DNA from: Candidatus Pacearchaeota archaeon
Lineage (GTDB): Archaea > Nanobdellota > Nanobdellia > Pacearchaeales > GW2011-AR1
Direction: 5' to 3'
Assembly (NCBI GenBank): GCA_018304205.1
Contig: JAGVWR010000005.1
Span: forward strand, 1-32,523
DNA length: 32,523 nucleotides
Shown: positions 24,825 to 32,429 of the stretch, in pieces
How positions within the stretch are numbered: the first letter of the stretch is position 1
How the letters are laid out: every line of letters begins with the position of its first letter
Position numbers and translations under genes: made by a program
The notes under the pieces: model-generated
What the model was told of the DNA's origin: nothing
The model's database searches: none
What the model saw: only the letters and a program-made list of their open reading frames with translations

Positions 24825-24845
24825 CCCTAATTGTATAGGAAAATC

Positions 24846-25715
24846 ATGACAAAAGCAAGATCAAATGTATACGAAGAGGTAATGAATCACCTCAAATTAT
24901 CTAGATTTATTCAGAAAAGTAAATCAGAAAGAGATAATCCTAGTAATCCTAACGATGTTATAAAATCTGCTGAAAAAGGGTTAAGAGACGCATTTTATGG
25001 TCAACTTGTTGCTTCTGGTTCAATAGATCCAAAGGTATTAAAAAGAGCAGATTTGAATGATCCAACCAATCCAAATTATGAAAATGGAAATAAGTTAATT
25101 GAAGGAAAGGCAGATCTTGAGTTAAGACATTCTGAAACAGCTGCATCTACAAAATTTAAGTCTAATTTAGATGATTTTGTTGGCAGTGTTCCTGAAGGAG
25201 ACTTAGAAAAAATGCTTGCTAATGATAAATCTGCGGGAATATTAGCTGGAGTTGCTGATGATAAAGAAACATTTGGGCTATATAAGGCTCATGAATCATT
25301 AAAGAAATTTGCTGAGGATTACAGAGCTAAGGGCGATGAAGCTATTGATTCTAAAGAAACTGCTCAAAAAATAATGGATTATAAGATAAAGGGAGCAAGA
25401 GCAGCTGAAATGAAATCAGTAAAGGAAAAGGGTTATAATGAGAGAGATCAAGCAAGTGCTGGAGAATTGGCTGAATTCGCAGCTAAAATAGGATTTACTG
25501 GAGAAAAAGGAAAAGAGTACGCCTTAACTGGAATAGAATCTGAAGTTAAAGAAATTGAAGAAAGACTTAAGGCAAAGGGAGACTTCAGGAAAGCACTTAG
25601 AGGAGCATACGAAAATCTCGCTAATAGAAATCTAGTAGTTGCCAGGGATCTTGCTTATGGGGCGCATGTAGATAAGATTGATGAAGAAGTTAGCAAATAT
25701 GTAAGAGAAAGATAA
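24846..25715 (+). CDS. hypothetical helical protein
   Basis: ORF with charged, helical composition. Start moved from TTG 24831 to ATG 24846 on promoter geometry. Confidence 0.55.
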   Translation: MTKARSNVYEEVMNHLKLSRFIQKSKSERDNPSNPNDVIKSAEKGLRDAFYGQLVASGSIDPKVLKRADLNDPTNPNYENGNKLIEGKADLELRHSETAASTKFKSNLDDFVGSVPEGDLEKMLANDKSAGILAGVADDKETFGLYKAHESLKKFAEDYRAKGDEAIDSKETAQKIMDYKIKGARAAEMKSVKEKGYNERDQASAGELAEFAAKIGFTGEKGKEYALTGIESEVKEIEERLKAKGDFRKALRGAYENLANRNLVVARDLAYGAHVDKIDEEVSKYVRER

Positions 25716-25722
25716 ACGCTAA

Positions 25723-26571
25723 TTAACCTTTAGTATTTTTTTGTTCTTCAATTAATTTGTTTATTATCTGAGTCATATCAAGAAGAAATTTTTCTGCGGT
25801 TTCCTGCCATTGATCAATTTCTGCGCCTTTTACATCATTAGTTTCTCCATAACTGATAGATTTGTGCAGGGCGTAAATATCTTTTAGGGCTCTTATCGCA
25901 TTCACTTTTAACATTCCTTTTTCAACAAAGGCGGTATTGAGAAGTTCTGGGAGATGTTCTGGACTAGGGGGTAATTTTCCAGCCATGATTAATGCAGCTT
26001 GCGCTGAATCAACCATGCACCAATAGACTCCTTCGATGGCACCAATTTCTGCAGATTTACTTCTTGCTAAATGTGCTGGTGCTCTTTGAAGAGCCGCATA
26101 AACTGCTTCAACCGTTGATTTTATTTTTCCTTGATATAGTAAAGATTTTATAGGATTAAAGAAACCTCCAGAATCAATAAGTGCTTCTCCATATCTTAAA
26201 ACATTTAGAACTACAGGATCTCCGTGAAGAAGGTCTTGCCACCATGTTGTTAATTTTATTGTATTAATATGCAAGTCTTTAGAGTAATCTTCTGCAGAAA
26301 TTAATTTTCCTAATTCTTCTCTATACCAAGCAACTAATTCTAAATCCCAACTTATTGAGGCATCGTCGATTATAATAATAATATCTATGTCAGAACTTGC
26401 ATTGGCAGTATTTTTCGCTTGACTTCCAAAAAGAATACTTGCTTTTACCATCTTGTCAAATTTTTGATGGACTTTCGTTGCGAAATCCATGGCTATTTCT
26501 CTTTCTGATCTAGGCTTATAATCCTTAGTGGATTTTTTTACTTGTTGTACTTTATCCCTCTTTTTTGTCAT
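25723..26571 (-). CDS. Pol-beta-superfamily nucleotidyltransferase with a helical (KNTase_C/HEPN-like) C-terminal domain
   Basis: 'ILFGSQAKNTANASSDIDIIIIIDD', 'GDPVVLNVLRYGEALIDSGGFF' and 'VYWCMVDSAQAALIMAGKLPPSPEH'. Paralogue of the core of ORF 11343-13157. Confidence 0.75.
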   Translation of the reverse strand: MTKKRDKVQQVKKSTKDYKPRSEREIAMDFATKVHQKFDKMVKASILFGSQAKNTANASSDIDIIIIIDDASISWDLELVAWYREELGKLISAEDYSKDLHINTIKLTTWWQDLLHGDPVVLNVLRYGEALIDSGGFFNPIKSLLYQGKIKSTVEAVYAALQRAPAHLARSKSAEIGAIEGVYWCMVDSAQAALIMAGKLPPSPEHLPELLNTAFVEKGMLKVNAIRALKDIYALHKSISYGETNDVKGAEIDQWQETAEKFLLDMTQIINKLIEEQKNTKG

Positions 26572-26618
26572 CTTATTAAGTTAATCTAAAGTTATTTTTA
26601 AATGTTTACAAATCATTT

Positions 26619-28457
26619 TTATTCCATTGGACTACCTGAAAGTCTATTTCTTCCCGACATTTGACCTCCAAGTTCTACTGGAAGATTTGAGAAACCTGTT
26701 CCATAAGTTTGGAAATGAATATCTGGAAGAATTGCTCCTTGCCCTGCAAAGTAGCCTCCAGATGCGCCAGATGCTTGGTTCCAATATGATCCTCTCGATG
26801 CTGCATAAACTGGAGTGCCAAATGCAGAAAGAGTTTCTCCATATGGAGAGACTGCTCCGAAGTGTTGAATCCAATCTCCAGTTTCTATTATTCTTTTAAT
26901 ATCTTCTACTTTCTTACCATATTGACTTAGTAATTTTTCATATTCTTTCATAGGGACGTTTCCCATTCCCATTGGAAGTTCTGAGTGAGACATACCAAAG
27001 TTATCTGATAAGTGAACGTGTTTAATGAATGGAGCCATTTTCTTAAACTGCTCTTTAAGATGCTCCTCTTTGTAACCATATTGCCTTAACATATTGATGT
27101 GTCCTACATCCCATGTTGCACCGATTAATTTTTCAGCTTCTTTTTCAGCTTCTTTTTTTGTCATGTCTAATTCTTTAACTGCTTTTTTCACAAATTTTTC
27201 TTTTGTTTGTTTGATTAGTTCTGAAAGCTCCTCTGCTCTTGTTAAACCCATTCCAACTGGAGGATTTTCAATGCTTAAAATTGGGGCGGTTTCCCCAAAT
27301 TTTTCAAATCCTTTGAATGCTACATTTGCAAAGGTTTCTGCTGATTTTTCTATTGCAAATTTGTCTAGAGGTTTATAAGATTCTGGAGCGTTTACAGAGT
27401 CAAGAATTCTGACTCCTTTTGAAATCGCTTCAGATAGTTCAACAATCTTTGATTTGTCGTCTTTATATTCGTTCATTAATGGAGCCACTTCTTCTCTAAA
27501 TTGTCCTAATTTATCCATTGTTTTTTGATCATCTTTCTTTTCTGCTATTTCATAAGCTTCATTGTAAGCGTCTTTTAATCTTCTATAAGATTCTCTGATA
27601 TAAACGTCACCTTGTCCCATACCATTTATTATTTGGTCTGCTGCTTTTCTTGATTCTGGACTAAGATCATTAAGAAATTTTTGTCCTTCAGGTGTTAAAG
27701 ATTTTGCATAGATTTCTTCTGCTTTTTTCCCTCTTAATTCTGTATTTGTATTTTCAGTATCTCTGAAAATTTTATTAACCTCACCAATAAATTCTCTTCC
27801 TCGTGAGGCTGGCAAGGAAATTTCACTTAATTTTTGCTCCCAACGTTGTTCATTTATATTATTTAATTCCGTATCTATATCTTTTTTCTCTCCGAATAAA
27901 TAATCTTTTTTTGGTTTAGGAACCGTTCCAAAACTTCCAGTTCTTTCGTCTATAACATACAAATTTGTTGTTTCTTCTTCTCCCTGATCATTGATTATTC
28001 TTGTTCTTGGTTCTGGAAGAGAGTGGCTTGCGTGCATTGTAACAACTATATTTCCATCCGGATCTATTTTGTGTCCTCTTTCAACTGCTTCCCAAATTTG
28101 TCTTTCTGCTTGTATTCTTTGATTTTCATCCCAACTTCCTCCTTGAGGGTTTATTCCAGTTGGTTCTATCATTGGGCCATGTAAGGTAAGATCTGCACCT
28201 ACTAATTTCTTGAGCCTATGAATTTCTTCTAAATGTTGATTTGGGATTGCTTTTGCAACTTCTGCAAAGGTCATTTGAACTTCTACTGTTTTAGTTCCCG
28301 TATTGAGTGCATCAGAAGTTGCTTTTAATTGATTTGCAGTTTGAGGGTTTATGGCCGAACCTATGCTACTCGTCGAGACATAATGATTAATTGGATTGCC
28401 ATGATTTGGATCTAGTCCATAATCTGCTCCAGAATAAAATCTTTCGCTATATTTCAT
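26619..28457 (-). CDS. xylose-isomerase-like / AP-endonuclease-2-type TIM-barrel protein split by a ~230-aa helical insertion, with a Gly-rich tail
   Basis: N-terminal part has 'LTLHGPMIEPTG' and 'IVVTMHASH'. C-terminal part has 'LSIENPP', 'IGATWDVGHINM' and 'IKHVHLSDNFGMSHSELPMGMGNVPMKEY'. SD-like gaggag lies 8 nt upstream of the ATG. Confidence 0.6.
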   Translation of the reverse strand: MKYSERFYSGADYGLDPNHGNPINHYVSTSSIGSAINPQTANQLKATSDALNTGTKTVEVQMTFAEVAKAIPNQHLEEIHRLKKLVGADLTLHGPMIEPTGINPQGGSWDENQRIQAERQIWEAVERGHKIDPDGNIVVTMHASHSLPEPRTRIINDQGEEETTNLYVIDERTGSFGTVPKPKKDYLFGEKKDIDTELNNINEQRWEQKLSEISLPASRGREFIGEVNKIFRDTENTNTELRGKKAEEIYAKSLTPEGQKFLNDLSPESRKAADQIINGMGQGDVYIRESYRRLKDAYNEAYEIAEKKDDQKTMDKLGQFREEVAPLMNEYKDDKSKIVELSEAISKGVRILDSVNAPESYKPLDKFAIEKSAETFANVAFKGFEKFGETAPILSIENPPVGMGLTRAEELSELIKQTKEKFVKKAVKELDMTKKEAEKEAEKLIGATWDVGHINMLRQYGYKEEHLKEQFKKMAPFIKHVHLSDNFGMSHSELPMGMGNVPMKEYEKLLSQYGKKVEDIKRIIETGDWIQHFGAVSPYGETLSAFGTPVYAASRGSYWNQASGASGGYFAGQGAILPDIHFQTYGTGFSNLPVELGGQMSGRNRLSGSPME

Positions 28458-28504
28458 TTCATTATATCTCCTCTTTCGTTATTAAACCTTATTTTATTTA
28501 AATT

Positions 28505-29077
28505 TTAGTATTTGTCAAATCTTTTATCTCTTTTTGTAAGACTTGATGAGCTATACTTTTCATCTGGGGTCTGTTCTTCCATTTGAATAGATTGATTTCT
28601 AGTATTTTGACCAATGTTAGTGTTTACATTTTGAGGCATAAACATTTGGTCTGCCGAACTTCTTTGTTGAATAAGGCTTCTATTTTGAAGTATAGGGGCA
28701 TTTGAAGAAAGAATTTCTTGTCTTAGTGATGGAAGTACTGATGAAGGGGTCTGATTCATAGTTCTATATTGATTAGTGTTTGTTTGTTCTGATTGTCTAT
28801 ATTGAAAATTGTTTTGTTCATTGTTTCTTTGTTCTATCTCTGTTGTTTGTCTTTGAACTTCTCTTACATTTGGGTTTGCTTCCAGTACAGGGGAAATCTG
28901 TTCAGCAGGCAAGTCATTTAAAAATCCCTTAATTTGTTGTTTTTCAGCATTATGAATTTCACTCTCTAAGTTAACTTGATTTTTAACGGAAGTGAAACTA
29001 TCTTTTTTTATTTCTTTTATCTTTATGTCTTTTTCTATTAATCTTATGAATTTTATTTTCTTTGTATTTTTAGCCAT
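28505..29077 (-). CDS. Q/N-rich low-complexity protein
   Basis: 190 aa. Basic N-terminus, then a Q/N/T/S-rich stretch ('QRNNEQNNFQYRQSEQTNTNQYRTMNQ...'). Confidence 0.5.
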   Translation of the reverse strand: MAKNTKKIKFIRLIEKDIKIKEIKKDSFTSVKNQVNLESEIHNAEKQQIKGFLNDLPAEQISPVLEANPNVREVQRQTTEIEQRNNEQNNFQYRQSEQTNTNQYRTMNQTPSSVLPSLRQEILSSNAPILQNRSLIQQRSSADQMFMPQNVNTNIGQNTRNQSIQMEEQTPDEKYSSSSLTKRDKRFDKY

Positions 29078-29128
29078 TTATTAGTGAGGAAAAACTAGTA
29101 TAATAATGTTTTTAGTATGGAAAAGACA

Positions 29129-30712
29129 TTACAAAACAGGGGGGAAGGCAGGCATAGAGTTTGATTTTTTGTAGGAATCATATGCTTTTCTGCATTTCCA
29201 TCTTGCTTCCATGATTGCTTGAGATCTGAATACCTTTTCTTCGTCAGTATCTTTATCAATTCCTTCTTTTTCGTCTTTACCTTCGTCTTTTTTGTTTTTA
29301 TCTTTTTTAAAGAATGAGAATAACGCAGAGAAAGGGTTTTCATCATCGCCATTCTTCGATTCTTCTTTTTTTTCTTCTTTCTTCTTCTTTTCTTCCCACT
29401 TCTTATTGTCTAAAAATTCGTCAATGTCATCTTGCAGCGCGCCTAAACTTTCTGTAGTTGCCCCTTCTATCCATTGATATACATCACCCATATCGTCTTT
29501 TGCAAGTTCTTTTTTTAGAACGTTTAATTCATCATCATTGAGACCATAACTTGTGAAAGTCATAGTTACTTTTCCTCTGTAAGTATAGCCTCCTCTTTGA
29601 TCTGATCTATCTGGGGCGCTTCTATATTTGAATTCAACTATAATTATTGAGTGATATTTTCTTAGATCAAGCTTTCTAAAAGATTTTGGAATTTCTCCTG
29701 ACTGAATATCTCCTTCTGGGTCATATTTTGCTTTTCCTAAAAGAACTAATTCGAAAATTGCAGTGTTAAACATGCTAGCCATTGAAGCATCTGGGGAAGC
29801 TCTTTGTTCTAATTGTCTTGCAGCTTTCAAATAAGGTTTTATCCATTGTGAATATAATCTTAATGAATTTACTTGACTCATAAGATATTTTCTTTCAATT
29901 TCAAATCTTTTTCTTAATTCAACATCTGATTCTTTAATCCATCTAAAGAATTCTCCGACTCTTTGCTGGAGTAGTCTTCTTACTCTTTCATTTAAGTCTA
30001 AACCTCCTTTTTCTGGGCTGTTTATGACATCATCTAAGGATCGCAGAGCCATGAAAGCATCTATAAGGGTAATAAAGTTTGGCTGGTTTGCCCCTCCAAC
30101 GGCAAGTGCTTTAATGGAACTATTTCCTCTCTTTATATCAACTTGATCAAGCCAAATTTGCTTTAGTGAGAGAAGTGCCGCAATCTTTTTCCCTTCATCA
30201 TCTTTTTGATTATAATCATCATATTGCGCTAATCTTAACTTGAATTCTTTTAAGTCATAGACTATGTTAAGAACAGATCTTAAGACAGCATTAGCTGTTT
30301 GGAATATTTTCATTGCTTCTTCCTGCATTCTCGTTGCTCTTTGTTGATATTCTGAAAAGAAACCTGAGCCTGCAGTTGAAGTGAAATTATCAACTAACCT
30401 TTCTGCTTCACCATATTCTGCTTGAATATAATCGAGTATAAAGAAATAAATAGGTTCAAGATTTTGAGCAAATGCGTCATAATCTAATCTGTGTTTTTCT
30501 ATAGGATTTTTTAATCCCTGAAGAGAGAATGCACTTTTTGCAAGTCTTAAGTGTTGGACTTCCATGTAATCTGAAGAAACAACTTTTGCTTTTTCTGCAG
30601 CCTTAAGGTACCCTTCTTCTTTTGCTATATCCTTTACTTCAGCTATAAATTCTTTATCACAATAAGTATCTGGGCTTACCGCCGCAATTAATTTATGTAT
30701 GTCTACTGCCAT
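29129..30712 (-). CDS. large orphan protein with a charged K/E-rich linker and a putative amphipathic segment near the C-terminus
   Basis: 527-aa ORF of non-repetitive, well-balanced composition. No P-loop or other catalytic motif seen. 'KKWEEKKKKEEKKEESKNGDDENPFSALFSFFKKDKNKKDEG' lies near the C-terminus. Confidence 0.6.
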   Translation of the reverse strand: MAVDIHKLIAAVSPDTYCDKEFIAEVKDIAKEEGYLKAAEKAKVVSSDYMEVQHLRLAKSAFSLQGLKNPIEKHRLDYDAFAQNLEPIYFFILDYIQAEYGEAERLVDNFTSTAGSGFFSEYQQRATRMQEEAMKIFQTANAVLRSVLNIVYDLKEFKLRLAQYDDYNQKDDEGKKIAALLSLKQIWLDQVDIKRGNSSIKALAVGGANQPNFITLIDAFMALRSLDDVINSPEKGGLDLNERVRRLLQQRVGEFFRWIKESDVELRKRFEIERKYLMSQVNSLRLYSQWIKPYLKAARQLEQRASPDASMASMFNTAIFELVLLGKAKYDPEGDIQSGEIPKSFRKLDLRKYHSIIIVEFKYRSAPDRSDQRGGYTYRGKVTMTFTSYGLNDDELNVLKKELAKDDMGDVYQWIEGATTESLGALQDDIDEFLDNKKWEEKKKKEEKKEESKNGDDENPFSALFSFFKKDKNKKDEGKDEKEGIDKDTDEEKVFRSQAIMEARWKCRKAYDSYKKSNSMPAFPPVL

Positions 30713-30730
30713 CTTTTTTATACTTCTAAG

Positions 30731-30744
30731 TAATTTACTTTAGT
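30731..30744 (-). promoter_or_regulatory. BRE/TATA-like box for the 30712 minus-strand cluster
   Basis: The minus strand reads ctaaagtaaatta, centred about 25 nt upstream of ATG 30712. Confidence 0.4.
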
Positions 30745-30846
30745 TGTATTTATCAGAGAAAACGTTTATTTAAAGATTACTCATATTTTTAGGGTTTAAG
30801 AAAAACTAATAAATAACTTTAAAAGTAAAGAATCTTTCGATTTTTT

Positions 30847-31200
30847 ATGACATATGGTTTTAATTTCTTACAAAGCGGAAGGGAAGATCCGCTTAGAAGG
30901 AAGAAGGATTATGAGATTATTCCATATAAACATAGTCTTGGAAATCAAGGAGGAATTGCATCTTATCCGTTAGGTTCTTCTGGGTCAGGAGCAGGATACA
31001 GCGGAAGAAGTCTACTTGCAAGAATAGATTCTGGAATGTCAAAATATGAAGATAAAACTAAAAAAGGAAAATCAAATCCGCTTCATGCAGAGTATCCACA
31101 AGGGGAACAAAGGACGGGGAATTATCCTAACTTGAGCGAGGCTTTAAAGAATTCAATATCTTACTTTAGAAGTTCTGCAAGTTACAAAAAAGCTGCATAA
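30847..31200 (+). CDS. hypothetical G/S-rich small protein
   Basis: 117-aa ORF. No motif recognised. Confidence 0.4.
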   Translation: MTYGFNFLQSGREDPLRRKKDYEIIPYKHSLGNQGGIASYPLGSSGSGAGYSGRSLLARIDSGMSKYEDKTKKGKSNPLHAEYPQGEQRTGNYPNLSEALKNSISYFRSSASYKKAA

Positions 31201-31241
31201 AAAGTACTTCAAAACATATTTTATAAAGCTAGTTTTTCTTT

Positions 31242-31263
31242 ATTATGTCAAGAAACTTGACAG
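31242..31263 (-). repeat. intergenic repeat family, copy F (palindrome end only, inverted)
   Basis: The reverse complement ctgtcaagtttcttgacataat matches the 3' end of copy D. Lies 17 nt upstream of the GNAT ATG. Confidence 0.65.
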
Positions 31264-31279
31264 AAAATGTAGGGCACTT

Positions 31280-31717
31280 ATGAAAATAGAAAAAGCAAAT
31301 AAGAAAAATTTAAGAGAAATAGCAGAGATATTTAGAATTGAATCTGGAAAAGAACCATATTTTCAAATTTGGACCGAAAAGAAGGCTCTTATGAAGATAA
31401 AACAATTTTTTAATAAAGATGATATTTACGTTGCTTTACTTGAGGGCAAAATTATAGGATTTATAATTGCTTATTCTTACAGAAGTGTAGATAACAAGAA
31501 GAAAGGATTTATTGAGGAAATGTGGTTTGATGAAAAACATCAGGGAAAAGGATATGGATCTGCGCTTATGAAATATGTAGAAACTAAGTATAAGAAAAAC
31601 GGAGTTGAAATTATACAACTTGCAGCTAAGAGAAAGGCAAATGCATTCAAATTTTATGATAAAAAAGGATATAAAGAAAGCGAGGATCTTATTTTTCTGG
31701 AGAAGAAATTAAAATGA
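31280..31717 (+). CDS. GNAT-family N-acetyltransferase
   Basis: 'IEEMWFDEKHQGKGYGSALMKYVE' (acetyl-CoA-binding Q/RxxGxG/A motif) and 'AFKFYDKKGY'. Confidence 0.85.
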   Translation: MKIEKANKKNLREIAEIFRIESGKEPYFQIWTEKKALMKIKQFFNKDDIYVALLEGKIIGFIIAYSYRSVDNKKKGFIEEMWFDEKHQGKGYGSALMKYVETKYKKNGVEIIQLAAKRKANAFKFYDKKGYKESEDLIFLEKKLK

Positions 31718-31778
31718 TTATAGAAATGTTTATATATTGATTAGATATATACTTATATATAAATTATATATTTATAAA

Positions 31779-32048
31779 ATGCAAAAGCAACTTAAACAAA
31801 TACAACATTCACCGACCCTGAATACAGTAATAATGGTAGAGGGAACTTTAAAAAAAGCTGGAGAAGTCATAACTTTAGCCGAACTAAAAAGAAGACTTCC
31901 TAGAAAAGTAATGCATCAAACATTAAATCAAATTTTAGACTACTTGCAATGGAGTGGAAAAATTATAATTGGAATGAAAGGTATTTTATGGGTGTTTACA
32001 GAAAGAAAGGAATTAAACTCTTTGATTGAAAGAGGCCTAGAGCTATGA
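31779..32048 (+). CDS. wHTH-like antitoxin candidate
   Basis: 89 aa from ATG 31779. ATGA overlap with the downstream RelE-like gene. 'ITLAELKRRLPRKVMHQTLNQILDYLQWSGKI' is winged-helix-like. Confidence 0.5.
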   Translation: MQKQLKQIQHSPTLNTVIMVEGTLKKAGEVITLAELKRRLPRKVMHQTLNQILDYLQWSGKIIIGMKGILWVFTERKELNSLIERGLEL

Positions 32049-32392
32049 ATAAGCCTGTTAGAGTTATACTTCTTGATCAGGCTAAAGAAGAATACCATAG
32101 ATTAAATGAAATTGTGGGAAGACAATTAGAAAGAGGAAAAAATCACACAGAAGAAATGCAATTATTAAATTCTATAAAACAGAAAATAGAATTAGTAAAA
32201 TCTAATCTTTTTTATGGAGATAATATAAAGGAGAACTTAATTCCAAAGAAATATCAGGTCAGTAACTTATGGCGAGTAGAACTAAGTCAATTTTGGAGAA
32301 TGATTTACACAATCAAAGGAGACCAGGTTGAGATTATTTGTTTTATCCTTGACATTGTGAGTCATCCAGAATATAATAAAATATTTGGTTAA
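32045..32392 (+). CDS. RelE/ParE-superfamily toxin-like protein
   Basis: C-terminal 'LWRVELSQFWRMIYTIKGDQVEIICFILDIVSHPEY' fits the RelE-type pattern (r..l..yRiiY.i....v.i..i.h...Y). Confidence 0.6.
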   Translation: MNKPVRVILLDQAKEEYHRLNEIVGRQLERGKNHTEEMQLLNSIKQKIELVKSNLFYGDNIKENLIPKKYQVSNLWRVELSQFWRMIYTIKGDQVEIICFILDIVSHPEYNKIFG

Positions 32393-32429
32393 AGAATAAA
32401 TAAAATGAAGATATTTGAAAAGAGGGAAG

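Noticed and set aside
24831-24845. TTG start for ORF 24831-25715
   Set aside because: ATG 24846 sits exactly 26 nt downstream of the centre of a consensus BRE/TATA box (leaderless geometry).
26627-27378. Plus- and minus-strand short ORFs 26627-26899, 26644-26874 and 27094-27378 inside the TIM-barrel gene
   Set aside because: They are nested in a 612-aa ORF that carries recognisable enzyme motifs, and they have no motifs of their own.
29095-29477. ORFs 29095-29352 (minus) and 29292-29477 (plus) overlapping the 3' end of the 527-aa gene
   Set aside because: Their K- or F/S-rich translations derive from the K/E-rich linker of the main ORF in other frames.
4698-31263. The repeat family read as a CRISPR array or as C/D-box sRNAs
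   Set aside because: The copies are kilobases apart, in mixed orientation and of different lengths, so there is no regular repeat-spacer structure. GATGC resembles a C box only weakly, and no consistently placed CUGA D box is present.
2929-31618. Other short track ORFs: 2929-3189, 3444-3698, 5616-5846, 7321-7521, 8449-8763, 8887-9132, 10254-10439, 11315-11554, 19630-19836, 21287-21481, 23941-24147, 24958-25146 and 31436-31618
   Set aside because: Each overlaps a longer, better-supported gene on the opposite strand or in another frame, and has low-complexity composition.
31737-31778. TTG-initiated N-terminal extension MIRYILIYKLYIYK of ORF 31737-32048
   Set aside because: This stretch is pure AT-rich, TATA-like sequence. 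ATG 31779 is the more plausible start.
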